Part shown: positions 23,701 to 35,835 of the stretch, in pieces | Layout of the letters: each line of letters begins with the position of its first letter | Position numbering within the stretch: the first letter of the stretch is position 1 | NCBI RefSeq assembly: GCF_964204865.1 | Contig: NC_135256.1 | Location: 2,170,001 to 2,234,000 of the forward strand | Length of the DNA: 64,000 bases | Reading direction: 5' to 3' | Origin: Styela clava | Taxonomy: Eukaryota | The notes under the pieces: generated by a model | Databases searched by the model: none | What the model was told of the DNA's origin: nothing | The model's input: the letters and a program-made list of their open reading frames with translations, nothing else | Translations under genes and position numbers: made by a program

Positions 23701-26700
23701 ATTAAAGATAGCAGAATGCAAATGCTGTATTTGAATAAAACACAATTTACGAAAACTAATTCGTTAAATCGGAAAGAAATTGGACATAAACTTTCATTCG
23801 GATTTTACCAATAAATAACAAATAAAAACAAATGATTTCACAAACATTGATATTAACATTGATATTATTGCCAGCTAACTTTAGCTTTCACATGTTTATG
23901 TTCTTTGCCATGTTTATTCTAATCGCATAGGAAATCAAAGAAATATAAATCAGAATGCCGGATATCTGGCATATACGTACAATTCGATGGCATGTCATAT
24001 TGCCAAAAATTGAAACTCTAAGAAAAATTCTGAGTTTTATTATACACAACATTCCGTTTATGAGAATTTGCACTATCTTTACTACCTTACTTCACTTCCT
24101 TGCTTGGAAGGTTTGCCTAAATGCAAATATTGAACATATGGAGAGAACATTAAGCAATATTTGTTGTATTCTCAACTATTTCCATTTACAACTATTTGCA
24201 GGAAAACATTTGGCCAAATTTAAAAAAGTAGTCAATAGCGATGCGTATAGGAAATCAGAGGATTCAGTTACTGGATTGTACAAGGATCAAAGGCTGGTTG
24301 AACCTGAGTTTAAAGCAAATCCACGCATAAGAGAATTGTCGCATTTCTTTGGAGGTGAAATGTCGCCAAAGATACAAGAATATCGTAAAGATGCCGAATT
24401 TAGTGTTTTGCTGGATAACATTAGCGAAGGGAAGTTTGTTACCATGAACCAATTGATCCAAAGTTTCCATTCAAAGAAAAATCGGTTAATTGCAATTGTC
24501 GGACAGGCCGGAAGTGGAAAAACGACATTTACAAAACGTTTAGTCCACATTTCGTGCGAATATTCATCAGGTTTAAAAAGATTGTTCAAGAATAGTTTTG
24601 ACGTTATTTACTTTGTCAACATTCGCGATCTCCTCGAATCGGATTCAATTACTGCGATGGAATTACTTTTTGGAGGTATCACTGATTTGAGTGAGGAAAG
24701 TCAAAAATACGGATATGAATGGATCATTGAAAATCAGGAAAAAGTCATTTTTTTCTTTGATGGATTAGATCAGGCGAATTGGTCTCTTGGCGGACATCAT
24801 CGCAAAATAAATCACAAGGAAAAGGCCATTACACCGACGGTTATGTACAACGTTTTCACTGGTCATCTTTTCCCAAACGTTCAAAAAGTCATCTCTTCTC
24901 GCGAGCATTGCATAGCTTCTCTCACTGGTGATCTTCGCCCCCAGCTAATCTACGCTTTGGTAGGTTTGGGCCCGGATGACGTCAAGCGGTTATTCATCAC
25001 ACTCCTTGGGGATATCGGACAACCGCAATGGGATCAGATGTGTTCAACCTCTCCTGCAATTATCCCTTTGTCGTCAGTCCCAGTATTTTTAATATACAAC
25101 GCCATCGTCCAGAAGTTCAACCCGAAAAATTCACCAGATACCATGACAGGAGTTATGTTGGAGATCCTTGATATTCTTCTGCAATCTCAGCATGTCAGAG
25201 ATAAGCAGGTTCTGCACAAGTTGAAAGAAATGGCATTCCGAGCAATGAGCGAAGGTCGGGTCGTTTTTACAAAAGACGAATTACTGAAGTTTGGAATAGA
25301 TCCGGATTCGATTCAAGACCTGGTTATCAAAGTTCCAGGCCGCACAAGGGCAAGTCATTGCTTGCTTGAAGGAACCCAACAAATATATTTTTCGCATCAA
25401 GTAATTGAAGAAAACCTTGCCGCCATGTTCGTGTCAGAAATGGGAGTTGGAGATTTTGAAGAATTCGTGAGAGAGTTCATTCATCAAGATCATTGGTCGG
25501 TTGTTCGCAAATTCTTGTGCGGAATTCTTCTCAACCCAGCTTTGGGAATAGATTGGCCTACACAAATGCTTCAAAGTAAGATATTGTTGCATTTAACCAT
25601 TAGTACAAAACTAGATTTAGTCTCGTATATATTAAAATCCCAGTTTGAAGTAATTAGGACTGGTTCGATTTGTGTCCCTTCCATGTCAGATATTGACAAC
25701 TGTCACGTTACGCTCATTTCAGCTAAGATGGCTAAACTTTCGACGCGCGCTATGTTTTTCAATAATACGTTTGACACGTTGGCATATTTGTGTGGCATTG
25801 TCAGAAAAAGATTATATATTGGTTGCAAAGTTGCGGAATAGAAATAGTCTGAAGTGAGTTTGTAATTGAGCAATATAACAAACATACCTGATTGATAGGA
25901 CTGTCGATGTAAAATAAATGTTTATTTGATCTTAGAAACTTCAGGGTATCATTACTACTGCGTTGGATTTTAAGTTTGAACGAGACAAAATCCAGCTTTG
26001 TACTACTACAACACGAGTTACAACAAAAAAATAGTAATGAAAAATTAAATTAATAGAAGTCGCTATTTGTAATTACTTTTTGTTTTGTAAAATTCAAAAG
26101 CAAAATTGTGTTGTGCAAAATATCATATTCGATTTAATGCATTATCACTTAAAAAAACTTTTTTACAGTGCATACCTATTTATCTGTATCAAACTAATAT
26201 TCATTTATTTTCAATAAATCGAATTGAAAACTTATTTTTCGTATGGAGTCATTCAAGGGTCGACAAGACATTTTCAAAGCCTGTTTTATAGTTAAAGATA
26301 AAAAAGCAAAAGAAGAAATACTGAGACGTAGCATGAATGAACAACTGAAGAAAAGAAACGATTCAACCGCTTTGATGGAATTGTTCGGAGCTTTATACGA
26401 GTCGAATGACGCTGAATTGATTCGATCCCACGTTCGTGTGATCAATTTCAAATACGCAACAATCAACCCCAGTGGAATGCTGGCAATATCGTCAGTTATG
26501 CGTCGAAGTGGAAATCTAAATCTTCTGCGTTTCTCTGAATGCGATCTCACGACGGAGCTATTTGATATCATGATTTCGAATCTGAAGGATTCCCAGCTCA
26601 AGGTTCGTTTATTTCAATGTTGCTAAAATTTATCAACACTGCGTTATTTTCCATTGTTACAATTAATAATGGCAGTCATCAGATTAACGGGAACACTACC

Positions 26701-29700
26701 TCGTTTGTCTTACTTTTGTTGACGCTTTTCATTTGTTCCATTTATTTTTAGTTGTGAAGGGTTGCATAGAATCATAGAATATATTTAGCTGGTCTCGAAC
26801 CGTCGTCACCACTTGTTCAGTTTAATAATTCAGGTCTTTATTTTATTCGAACATTTAATTTTCATAGACAGCTTCTTTTATTCACACATTTCATCAATTA
26901 ATATTGCAATCGATACAATACTCCTAGGCCAAGACAACTCATCTATGGATGGCGCACAATAAAATATACGTGACTGATGTAAATAAGATCGATTCGTTTT
27001 GAATCCATCACATAGCACCGCTGCATTTTTTATCAACTCGATAAAATTATTTCAGTTTGTGATTCGCAGAACTGCGATGTTTGTTGGTGTTGGATTCTGG
27101 GTTTTATTTTTAATTTCCTGCTGTCTACGACCTTCGAATTATGGAAATAATTGTAACTGCAAAACCTTTCGAGATAGAAAATATGAAATCGATTGTCAAC
27201 CCGTAGTGAGGAGTCATTTTAAGAATTTTGTTTAGTAGCACTGAATTGAATATTGTCATTATGTATACATAGATCAAGAAGTTTGTCCTGAACAACAGAT
27301 TCAATGCTGAATTATTTGCATCTGTTACAAAATTCACGGAATCTTACGTTGATGAAATGGTGTTGGAGAGTTGCATGGGAAAGGATGAAGTTGGAATCAT
27401 GAGTAGAAGCGTTATTTCTAAGAAAGTGAGTTGAAGTTACTAGTTAGGATACTCTGTCTAAAAGCATTTCAGACTTGAAACAAGTTTGACTTGTTGGCAA
27501 AAACTACCAGTATAAAGGGGGAGGGAGATGAAATCAATAACCTTTGCCCAACTTGAAAAAAAATTCACGATTCTATTTTACTTGTCATGATTGTAGAGCT
27601 TGCCATATCCCAATGCTAATTTTTTAGCTTATTGACAAAACGAAATGACATAATATTTAAACTAATAACTCATTTGCACGGTGTTTTATCATTTACTGTA
27701 GGCCTCCCGCTTGGCGTATTAACGCCCGATTAAAGTAAAGATGAAGATATGAGAAGCAGATAAGACTTTGGTGTTTGCAAACCTTTGCATATGCAATCCG
27801 CAAACCTCATCAATATATAATAGGCAATGCATACATAACAGTGGTAAAACAACAGAATGTAGATACAGTCTGAGGAGATAGACCAAATTAATCTGATTGC
27901 GAACTTTTTGTAATGTTCTACCCGCATTTATGTTCCGAATAAAGTGAGGAGTATTATATGGAATCAGACTTTCCGATCCAGCATTGACTACGCAATTTAT
28001 CACACAAGAAAGAGGTGAATAGCAAGGGGTTCGAAGCTGAGATATTTAACCTGCTCCGCAAACATACTAAATGCACAACCACTAGCTTTTAAATCGGTAT
28101 ATTTGCTGATGTTGCGCTGAGGTCCCCATACAGTAAAATATTTGAAAAATTTTCATTTTATTTTTATAATTAAATAAACAAATTGTCTGATTCAAGTGTT
28201 TCAATTTTTTTAAATGATGAAAAAACTTGATCTATCTTCATCTAGGTGTTTATCAACAAGCTAACTCTGAACAATATCAAGATGTCAAAACAACTCAGCA
28301 TTGAAACTGGAATCGTTTTTTCCAAGTATAATGTTGAATGTCTGAGTTTGTGGAATATTGACTTCATGAGAGAGATTCATCTTCGTAATTTCTTGAAACA
28401 TTTTGGGAATGGTAAAGTAAGTGAATAACTTTGTAAAAATATAAAACGAGAACAAAAGTTGTGTTTAAGTTGATTGGGTTGAGTTAAATTGTAAGAATTA
28501 GTTTTGTTTATAATATGTATATAAATTATGTTGTAAGTAACTATTCATATTATAAAGTAAGTAAATACCTTTGTAAAAATTGTTTCTATAAAACGAGAAC
28601 GAAAGTTTTGATTAATTTGTGGATCTATTATTTCAACCCATAGCAAGGAGTCATTTAAGAAATTCTGTTTAGCAGCACTGAATTGAATATTTCCGTTATG
28701 TTTACATAGGTCAAGAAGTTTGTCCTGAGCGATAGATTCAATGCTGAATTATTTGCTTCTGTTACAAAATTCACAGAATCTTACGTTGATGAAATCGTGT
28801 TGAGAGAGTGCATGGGAAAGGATGAAGTTGGAATCATTAGTAGAAGCGTTATTTCTAAGAAAGTGAGTTGAAGTTACTAGATACGTTGGCTAAAAGCATT
28901 TCAGACTTGAAACAAATTTGACTTGTTGGCAAATCCTACCAGTTCTTTCTTGAATAGAGATGAATAACATCAATAATGTTCACCAGGCATAAAAAAAAAT
29001 AGATTGATTCTATTATGCTTGGAATTTGCGTGCTTCGATTTTGCATAGAATTGAAGTGCTTCAGAACAGAGCCGTTAAAATTCTCTATGGTTTTTCCGCT
29101 CTTTTAAACCTCAATATGATATATAATAAAACCAACATTCTAAAGCTTGAAGATATTTACTAATTAGAAGTTTGTAAGCTCATGCACAGATATCAAAATC
29201 ATTGCCTGCCCACAGCATTTGATGACTATTTTACCAGACAAATTAACATCCATATATACAACACACCATCAACACTCTCTTTTTATTTACCACGTTTGTC
29301 ACGATCCAAAACTCAAAATTGCCTCAGATATAAGGAAGTAAAAGGTGGAATGAGATACCAAGTGAGTTAAAAAGCATGCCTCGCCATCTATTCAAATATA
29401 AGTTAAAAAAAACATTTAATATCCCAATATATATTGTAGAATGGAATACTTGTGATCAACCAAAATGCCCTTATCAATTTTGATAAGTTTCATGGTTTAA
29501 CCGTAAAAATCCTAATTTCTACATTTGAATTAATACTGTAATATGCAATGCTGCAATGACACACTACTGCACTACGGTACTCCAGAACTTCAATGATTAT
29601 CAAATGACGGTTTTCCAATAAATGTATTTCTAGAATACTCGAATTTTGCCTTATTTAGGTACCTGGTGTTTTGCTTGTTCATTCCTGTCATTCAGTGTTT

Positions 29701-32700
29701 TTTTTACTGTTTTTTCAATTTTTATAATTATGTTTAGGTTGGTTTATAGTATTTATATAAATTATGTTGCAAGTCACTATTCATATGGTAAAGTAAGTAA
29801 ATAACTTTGTAAAAATTGTTTGTATAAAACGAGAACGAAAGTTTTGATTAATTTGTGCATCTATTATTTCAACCCTTGACGAGGAGTCATTTGAAAAATT
29901 CTGTTTAGTAGCACTGAATTGAATATTGCCGTTATGTTTACATAGGTCATTACAGTAAATACTGAATAAACTTAATCTATCTTTATCCAGGTGTTTATCA
30001 ACAGGATAACTTTGTCATATTCCAATATGTCAGAACAACTCTGCATTGAAACTGGGATCATTTGTTCCAAGTATAATGTTGAATGTCTGAGTCTGCAGCA
30101 TGTTAACTTGAGAGAGATTCATCTTCGTAAATTCTTGAAACATGTTGGCAGTGGTAAAGTAAGTGAATAACTTTGTAAAAATGTAAAATGCGAACAAAAC
30201 TTGTCATTGTGTTGATATTATTTGAGTTAAAGAATTACCGTAGGTTTGTTTATAATAGGTTTATACATTAGGTTTCAATCACTATTCGCATTGTGAAGTA
30301 AGTGAATAACTTAGTAAAAATTGTTTCTATAAAACGAGAACAAAAGTTTTGATTATTTTGTGAATCGATTAGAAAAAAAAAAATTCGGTTTATTATTAAT
30401 GGCATAACACATAGGTTGCAAGTCCCTATTTACATTATGTAGTGAAGAGCATTATTTTAAAATGGAAATTTAGAAAGAACAAAATGGTTTTGCTCGCGGC
30501 ACACTTAGGATATAAAAAAATTCGACACACCTGTAAAACATAAAGTTAGCTTTAAACAAATTTATTCTGTAAATGGTAATGTGAAGTGTGCACTTGTTTT
30601 GAAAAACTTCGTCGGTTCCATTTCGCTTTTATAAATTTCAGTCAAGCAGAAAATCCATGTTCACAGATCCATGGATATTCAAATGTCTAGAATATTTTGA
30701 TAGCTTTTGCAACGATGGTTGAATGGAATTTGTAAGCAGATGGGGGTGTCATAGATGTCGTACTTGTGTTTTCTGTCCTACTTAACCAATTTAGACATCC
30801 AGACAGTGGCGTATCTAGGGTATGGCAGCGATGGCTCGTGTTATAGGCGCCGTTTGGACTTAGGGGCAGAAACGCGATCGTTTTAATCTTGTAATGTTTC
30901 AATAAAACTTGAAAATAACTGAAGCTCAAATTTTTTTGATGTTTAGCATTTTCATGAGCGATCATCCTTTTGGGTGCTTTTCACTGACTAAATCCAGCTT
31001 CCTGTTGCAAAGAAGATTGTTGATCTGATTGACAATAGAGCAGACAGTAAATGCAATAAGTGGCTTTTTTAGAAGGCGAATTCATCAGCCAAGAACATGT
31101 TACTTCTTCGCCATTTGCTAATTTTTCCTTGAACTAGTTACCACTGCTCATTGCACGATTATCTCGGGGCAAAAAAGGTCCATGACTGTTCTGAAAATAT
31201 TTTGAACCAAGCTTGGTGATTTCTGCTCTCATTCCATTTGACAAAATAGATCTTTCCTGTAGTTTCACCGAATTTGTATAAGTCCGAATCGCGTTTTAAA
31301 ATAAGGTCCGGCACATCAGATCCAGCGTTCTTGTTCACGTTAATAAATCCTTTTGTAATTGGGTAATCTCAAGGACTTTTGACACCTTTTATATAAACAT
31401 TTTTTCCTTCCCGTTCAAACGTGCTAGAATTACCAATCAAGTAAGGGTTTTTATGCCCCTTTTTGCGAGATGCTGCCAAATCGTGACAATAATTCTCTCA
31501 ACCTTGTGTAGACAGATATGTTTTCCTTTCTTGAGATCATTATTAACTCAACTATTTCCCCCGTTCTACGCAACGTTGGGAAAAGCTAAAGGATGCCATC
31601 CAGTTGTTTTCAAGAGCCGAGGCCGAAACTCGTTTGAATTCTAGAACAGAAGCAGTATATTGAGGGTTGAACGCAGTAAAACTAATAGAGTCGTAAATAG
31701 TACTCCTGTCTGCTTGAGAACATGGTTGAAAAAAGGCCGAGGCGGAATAAAAGAATGGCTGGTGATGCAGGTTTATCGGCGACTGAAAAAAAAATAGAGC
31801 GCGTCATGAAAACAGTTCTCGAAAGAAATGATTGACCGTTTTTCTCGGTTATTCGACATCAATGTCAAGTTTGGATTTTTGTTCGATGTCTAAAGACTTT
31901 GTTGTAGCCGTGACTGTGTACACTTACAGTGGCTGTGTGATAACTTAGCTTCTGTTTACAGTGACGACCTTGACGGCAAGCAATTATATGGATACATTAT
32001 TGATCGTAAAATGTTGATTTCAAGTAGTACCAGCGTCAGGTTTTTGCGACCTGAAGATCTTCTTACCACCATAGTTGAATATGGGGATGAAAGCGTATTT
32101 CCCAATCTCCGGATAGCTTTGCAAATTTTGCTGACAGTGGCAGTATCCATAGAAAGTTGCGAGCGATCGTTTAGTAAACTAAAATTAATTCTGTCATACC
32201 TTCGATCCTCAATGAGCCATGAAAGGTTGTGTGATCTAGTATAGAGAGGTGAAAAAAAAATCAAGTTTTGATGAAATCACTGACGAATTTACGTCAAGAA
32301 AGGCACGAAAAGTACCATTCTATTAAATAATTGAATTACTTATTTTGTATATTGCGTGGTCGAGAGCAATCAATTTCATATAAAGAAAAAAGCGAAGTGG
32401 GGGACGCATTTTTATACACATTATAACATAACAATACAATTAAAACGTGACGATCACCTTCACTATCGACAAGGCAAATGCAAAAATATTATCAACCTTA
32501 CACCGGATACTCAAGTCTCACCCGTTGTATGCATGCATATGTGCAACACAAATAGCTTATTTTCTGAAATTCCAAAAAGCTCCGCGGCACATCTGAGAAT
32601 TTCGAGTGGCTAAAGGGTAAAATTAAATATATCCGACATCGCAGTTTACAAATCTCTCGCTCAAATCCCATTTTTATTGGCGTAAGCTTCCCTTCTCACC

Positions 32701-33936
32701 CGGGTGTAATAACTTGGTAAGCAATGCCGAACCAGAAAGATTTTGGTCCTTCCTAAATGTAGTAATACCTTGCATAACAGTATCTGCTTGCACAGAGCCT
32801 TGTTATGATTAGGAGGTTGTAACACGCCATATAAAAATATTTGAGTAATGCAATGTTATAAAAGATTGGTTTATTCTTACAAAAATAACAAAAAGGTCAA
32901 CTGGCATTTCATGGTTAATTGAACTCACTACATAGGAATGATGAAACTGACAGCTTATTCCGCTATGATATCAATAGTTTTAATTTATGAACCAGGCACC
33001 GAACAAGTTGCCGGGCAAGCAACCCCCAGGCCTAGTATGTAAAAAAGCTATCAATTTCAGGTTTGTATACAGTCTGTGAAACTTCTCACTCTCTGGATGA
33101 CGTTACATTTAAGGGGTTTGAACCCGATACCAATAAAGTTAATACTAAGCAGTTAACCACAACTACACCATTGCGCTCACCGAACCCAATGATTATGCAG
33201 GGCATTCCCCTACTTCTAAGCTTGAGTATGGTACATGGGTATTTCTCATGACTATTATATTCGTCAATGTTATTATTCATTTAGTTACGGAAACTCGATG
33301 TGGGCTTCAATGAAAATCTTGGTGCTGAGGGATATGCAGTCACAGGTATTATTGTGTCACAATGTGAAGTAGAGATTGTTGGAATGCAAGGCTGCAATCT
33401 GACAGCGAAGGAAATGATAGCATTCAAGGAGAATGTTCGGGATGCAAAGGTACGAATATCTAAAAAAAACATTGATTATTCAAAGATTAGTGTAATGGAC
33501 CAAGCTAGGACTATATGTAATTGATTGTATTGGATCTGAAGTGACTGTGCCAATATGTAATTTATATCGAGTGACAAAAATCAAACTGCATTGAGCTATT
33601 ATTGAAGTAAACGCCCCATATCAACAGAAGCATTGCCTCATAGTAGCAATCATTTCTTCTGTTCTTCCTCATTCAAATTTGCAAATCATGATTTTTTTGT
33701 CTGATTAACAAGTTTCATAATTTTTTCAGATCAAATATTGGGATCTGAGGGGCAACAAACTCGACAAACTTGGAGATGAAGGATTATCTACAATCAGTGG
33801 AATTGTTCGTCAATGCCAAGTGCATACATCGGTGTTGACGAGATGCCACTTCGACGATGATCAGTTGGAAAGATTCAAAGCATTGATTGCTGATACCGGC
33901 GTTCAGTTAGAATACCAATACCTTTTTCGAATATAA
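17495..33936 (+). CDS. Spliced NLR-type (NACHT-LRR) receptor with N-terminal beta-rich repeats; proposed join(17495..17705,17866..18048,18386..18568,19508..19690,20970..21056,21266..21409,21782..21814,24202..25575,26292..26602,27273..27425,28246..28416,28710..28862,29991..30158,33285..33449,33730..33936), about 1241 aa
   Basis: Every proposed internal junction is GT..AG with a pyrimidine-rich acceptor. Phases chain without stops (phase 1 through the NACHT exon, phase 0 for the LRR exons). NACHT and LRR motifs are present. The 3' end is uncertain. Confidence 0.82.
17866..18048 (+). CDS. NLR repeat exon, 183 nt, phase 1-1 (ETSITGAAVQDMSIETAKDV...QQTNIT)
   Basis: tttccag| acceptor, G|GTATGA donor, open frame. 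Confidence 0.88.
18386..18568 (+). CDS. NLR repeat exon copy 2, 183 nt, phase 1-1
   Basis: ttctag| acceptor, G|GTATGA donor; 10 nt differences from copy 1. Confidence 0.88.
18961..19227 (+). mobile_element. HINE family 1 copy inserted in an NLR intron
   Basis: Same termini as 6389..6782; absent from the paralogous intron copy at about 20489. Confidence 0.8.
19508..19690 (+). CDS. NLR repeat exon copy 3, 183 nt, phase 1-1
   Basis: tttccag| acceptor, G|GTATGA donor, open frame. Confidence 0.88.
20970..21056 (+). CDS. NLR short repeat exon, 87 nt (ETSIIDAVVGEMKTENIYAEKIFVQYVVS)
   Basis: cttttctag|AAACCAGC is the same exon start as the repeat exons; donor G|GTATGT; phase 1-1. Confidence 0.8.
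21266..21409 (+). CDS. NLR low-complexity linker exon, 144 nt
   Basis: ttttgtag| acceptor, G|GTGATT donor, phase 1-1, lies within ORF 21244..21426. Confidence 0.75.
21782..21814 (+). CDS. NLR 33-nt mini-exon (GSGKSLNFFQK)
   Basis: ttttcatctag| acceptor and C|GTGAGT donor, phase 1-1. Confidence 0.65.
24202..25575 (+). CDS. NACHT (STAND NTPase) domain exon with HD1/winged-helix region
   Basis: Walker A IVGQAGSGKT, Walker B VIFFFDGLDQ, sensor-1-like VISSRE, WHD motif FSHQVIEENLAA; tttgcag| acceptor and A|GTAAG donor inside ORF 23955..25841. Confidence 0.95.
26292..26602 (+). CDS. NLR HD2/first LRR exon (...ELFGALYESND...LNLLRFSECDLT...)
   Basis: ttttatag| acceptor, AAG|GTTCGT donor; LYE helical motif and LxxLxFxxCxL. 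Confidence 0.88.
27273..27425 (+). CDS. LRR exon A1, 153 nt, phase 0-0 (IKKFVLNNRF...VDEMVLESCMG...)
   Basis: acatag| acceptor, AAA|GTGAGT donor; duplicated at 28710. Confidence 0.85.
28246..28416 (+). CDS. LRR exon B1, 171 nt (VFINKLTLNNIKM...VECLSLWNIDF...)
   Basis: tcatctag| acceptor, AAA|GTAAGT donor, LxxLxL patterns. Confidence 0.87.
28710..28862 (+). CDS. LRR exon A2, 153 nt
   Basis: Near-identical paralog of A1 with intact splice sites and frame. Confidence 0.85.
29035..29430 (+). mobile_element. Decayed 3' end of a CR1/L2-clade LINE ORF2
   Basis: Translates to VLQNRAVKIL...NILKLEDIY*LEVCKLMHR...LPTAFDDYF...HIYNT...WN, typical of post-RT C-termini. Confidence 0.65.
29991..30158 (+). 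CDS. LRR exon B2, 168 nt
   Basis: ttatccag| acceptor, AAA|GTAAGT donor; paralog of B1. Confidence 0.85.
30804..32330. mobile_element. Decayed hAT (Tip100/ZMYM1-like) element in an NLR intron
   Basis: CAGTGGCGTATCTAGGG end; TTF-type zinc finger remnant on - (about 30930-31140); hAT dimerisation domain FPNLRIALQILLTVAVSIESCERSFSKLKLI on + (32011-32244). Confidence 0.8.
33285..33449 (+). CDS. LRR exon (LRKLDVGFNENLGAEG...VGMQGCNLT), ribonuclease-inhibitor-like
   Basis: Canonical LxxLxVxxNxxLGxxG; catttag| acceptor, AAG|GTACGA donor. Confidence 0.9.
33730..33936 (+). CDS. Last LRR exon (IKYWDLRGNKLDKLGDEGL...); stop TAA at 33934-33936 if not spliced further
   Basis: ttttttcag| acceptor, LxLxGNxLGDEG motif. 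A short alternative terminal exon after the acceptor at 34294 is possible. Confidence 0.8.
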   Translation: MKYWDLRGNKLDKLGDEGLSTISGIVRQCQVHTSVLTRCHFDDDQLERFKALIADTGVQLEYQYLFRI

Positions 33937-34403
33937 ATATCCGGAAATATTAACATCCAAACAATTTTCTGAATTATCACGAAACTACTCCAACATGATT
34001 TTATTAGGAAACTCAAATTTTCTTCAGAATAATGATTGGAAACAAAGTGCTTTTTCACCTACTTCAAACTACAATGCCATAACTTGAATGCACATATGTT
34101 GTAAGCTTGTAATTAATCTTCTAGTGCGATTTCCTTCAACTATATTCAATTCATTACTGTTCGGAATATTCTTTTGTATTTATAATTATAAGATAATGAA
34201 ATACGAAAAGGCTGAAACCGACAATAATTCATAATTTTTTTTAAAACACTTTGATCTGGACTGCAGGTTTAAACTCTCATGCCTTCTACTTCAGATTTCA
34301 GCTGTGAAATAATTTACAAAAGCTTAGACTTCAGCATTGACAAACCTTATTTTATTGTAATTCACAATTTCGATCTCAACTCCTGACTACAAGAAGCTCG
34401 AAA

Positions 34404-34600
34404 AATAAACTCTGCACCAATACTCAACAAACGCTAATAAGCAGCCCCTAATAAATTTGTAAAATGCATTCGTTTTCGCTCATACCCTTTCGAGGCTCCT
34501 GCTGTTTCACATTTGGATTTTCAAATGAATTCTCATTTAATTTGAACAGATACAGATTTTAACTACATTTCTAATGTTCCACTTGAATCCCTTTAATAAA
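34404..34600 (+). promoter_or_regulatory. Candidate polyadenylation signals of the NLR gene
   Basis: AATAAA at 34404, 34450 and 34595, downstream of the stop; common by chance in AT-rich DNA. Confidence 0.3.
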
Positions 34601-35408
34601 CAGGACCCTAGACAAGCTTCCCGTTTAGATACGAGAACACTCATATGTAACGCAGCTTCCGCAAATTTCCACTTTCTGGTAATCTTTTGACAATGCTTAT
34701 GCTTTTTCATTGTTTGTTTGCATCTTAGCTAAGCCTTTAGCAGATGTTACATTTTGTTTGCATTTGACGTTTGCCAGAATGTGAGAATTATTTTCAATCT
34801 ATTATAAAACACAATTCACATATTTTTATTAGTTGCATTGTACATAGTAGCGTTGAAATTGTGCCGGCCTTCCTATCACTTTATTGAACGGAAATATTTT
34901 GTTATTCACATTGCTGATGAAAAACTATGATTGGTTATATCTGTAATAAATTGTTTGAATTCGCTTTGAGCTAGTTTTTTTTTTCTGTGTATCTGTTTTT
35001 TGCTTAGAATTATATTAACTAGATATAAGGAATAGTAATTAAATTTGTGTTCTGTATCTTCATATGCGTGTTTCTGCAACGCACGATTGGCTGGCTGAAT
35101 GTAATTCAGAAGTGTTTGAAATTATGCTATTTTGTACAAATTTTTTTTTGTGTGTTTTCTTAGAAGTGTTTGAATCAGGTATTAAAGAACAAAGTATTCA
35201 AATTGGTTTGTGTTTAGATAGCCAAATGAGGTTTTGCAGATTTAGGAAACCCCTCGCAATCAAATGTTCAACAAAATAAGCACCTTGGGCGTTGTTCGTT
35301 TCCACCTTGGAGCCTATCTTTACAAAATCTCTCGCTGCCACGAACGTTTGATCGTGAATAATATTACTACGATACCTTGGAAACAATTTTCTAAATCAAT
35401 AATATGGG

Positions 35409-35835
35409 AACAAGAGAGCTACGCCCAAATATATGGACAATTCTGACTCGCAAATGTAGCAACACAAGCGATCCGAGTCACCACTATATTATAACACCAG
35501 GCACCGGTACCGCGTCGTTCACTCTACAAACAAATCTTACGAAGCAAGAATTACGTTCGCTTCTCAGCTGATATGGCTTGGCGGAATTGCCACAAGGTGC
35601 GGCTATTTTTTATCCTGATCACCTCTTCTCACTCATAAAACGAATTTTTGAAAGTTCACAGAAATTTTTGAAATAAATGAAAGTAACAGCCTTCTGGCAA
35701 AAAAAAATCAATCTTTAAACACTAAAATTTTCAAAGCAATTAGTCCAGTAATCAGAGAGAAAGGCGACTTTTTGAAACGTGTCAAAGAACAACATATTAT
35801 TGAAACGATCGTTATGTCCACTGACGTGTCCAATA
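35409..35835 (-). mobile_element. HINE family 2 copy
   Basis: aacaagagagctacgcccaaatatatggaca...acgtgtccaataa is the reverse complement of the 8801..9212 ends. Confidence 0.65.

Noticed and set aside
23955-25841. 628-aa ORF as a single-exon gene
   Set aside because: The first 82 or so and last 88 or so codons are intron read-through; splice sites at 24201/24202 and 25575/25576 bound the real exon.
28020-28085. tRNA gene on the - strand
   Set aside because: Only a degenerate B-box-like word with no convincing cloverleaf; at most a SINE relic.
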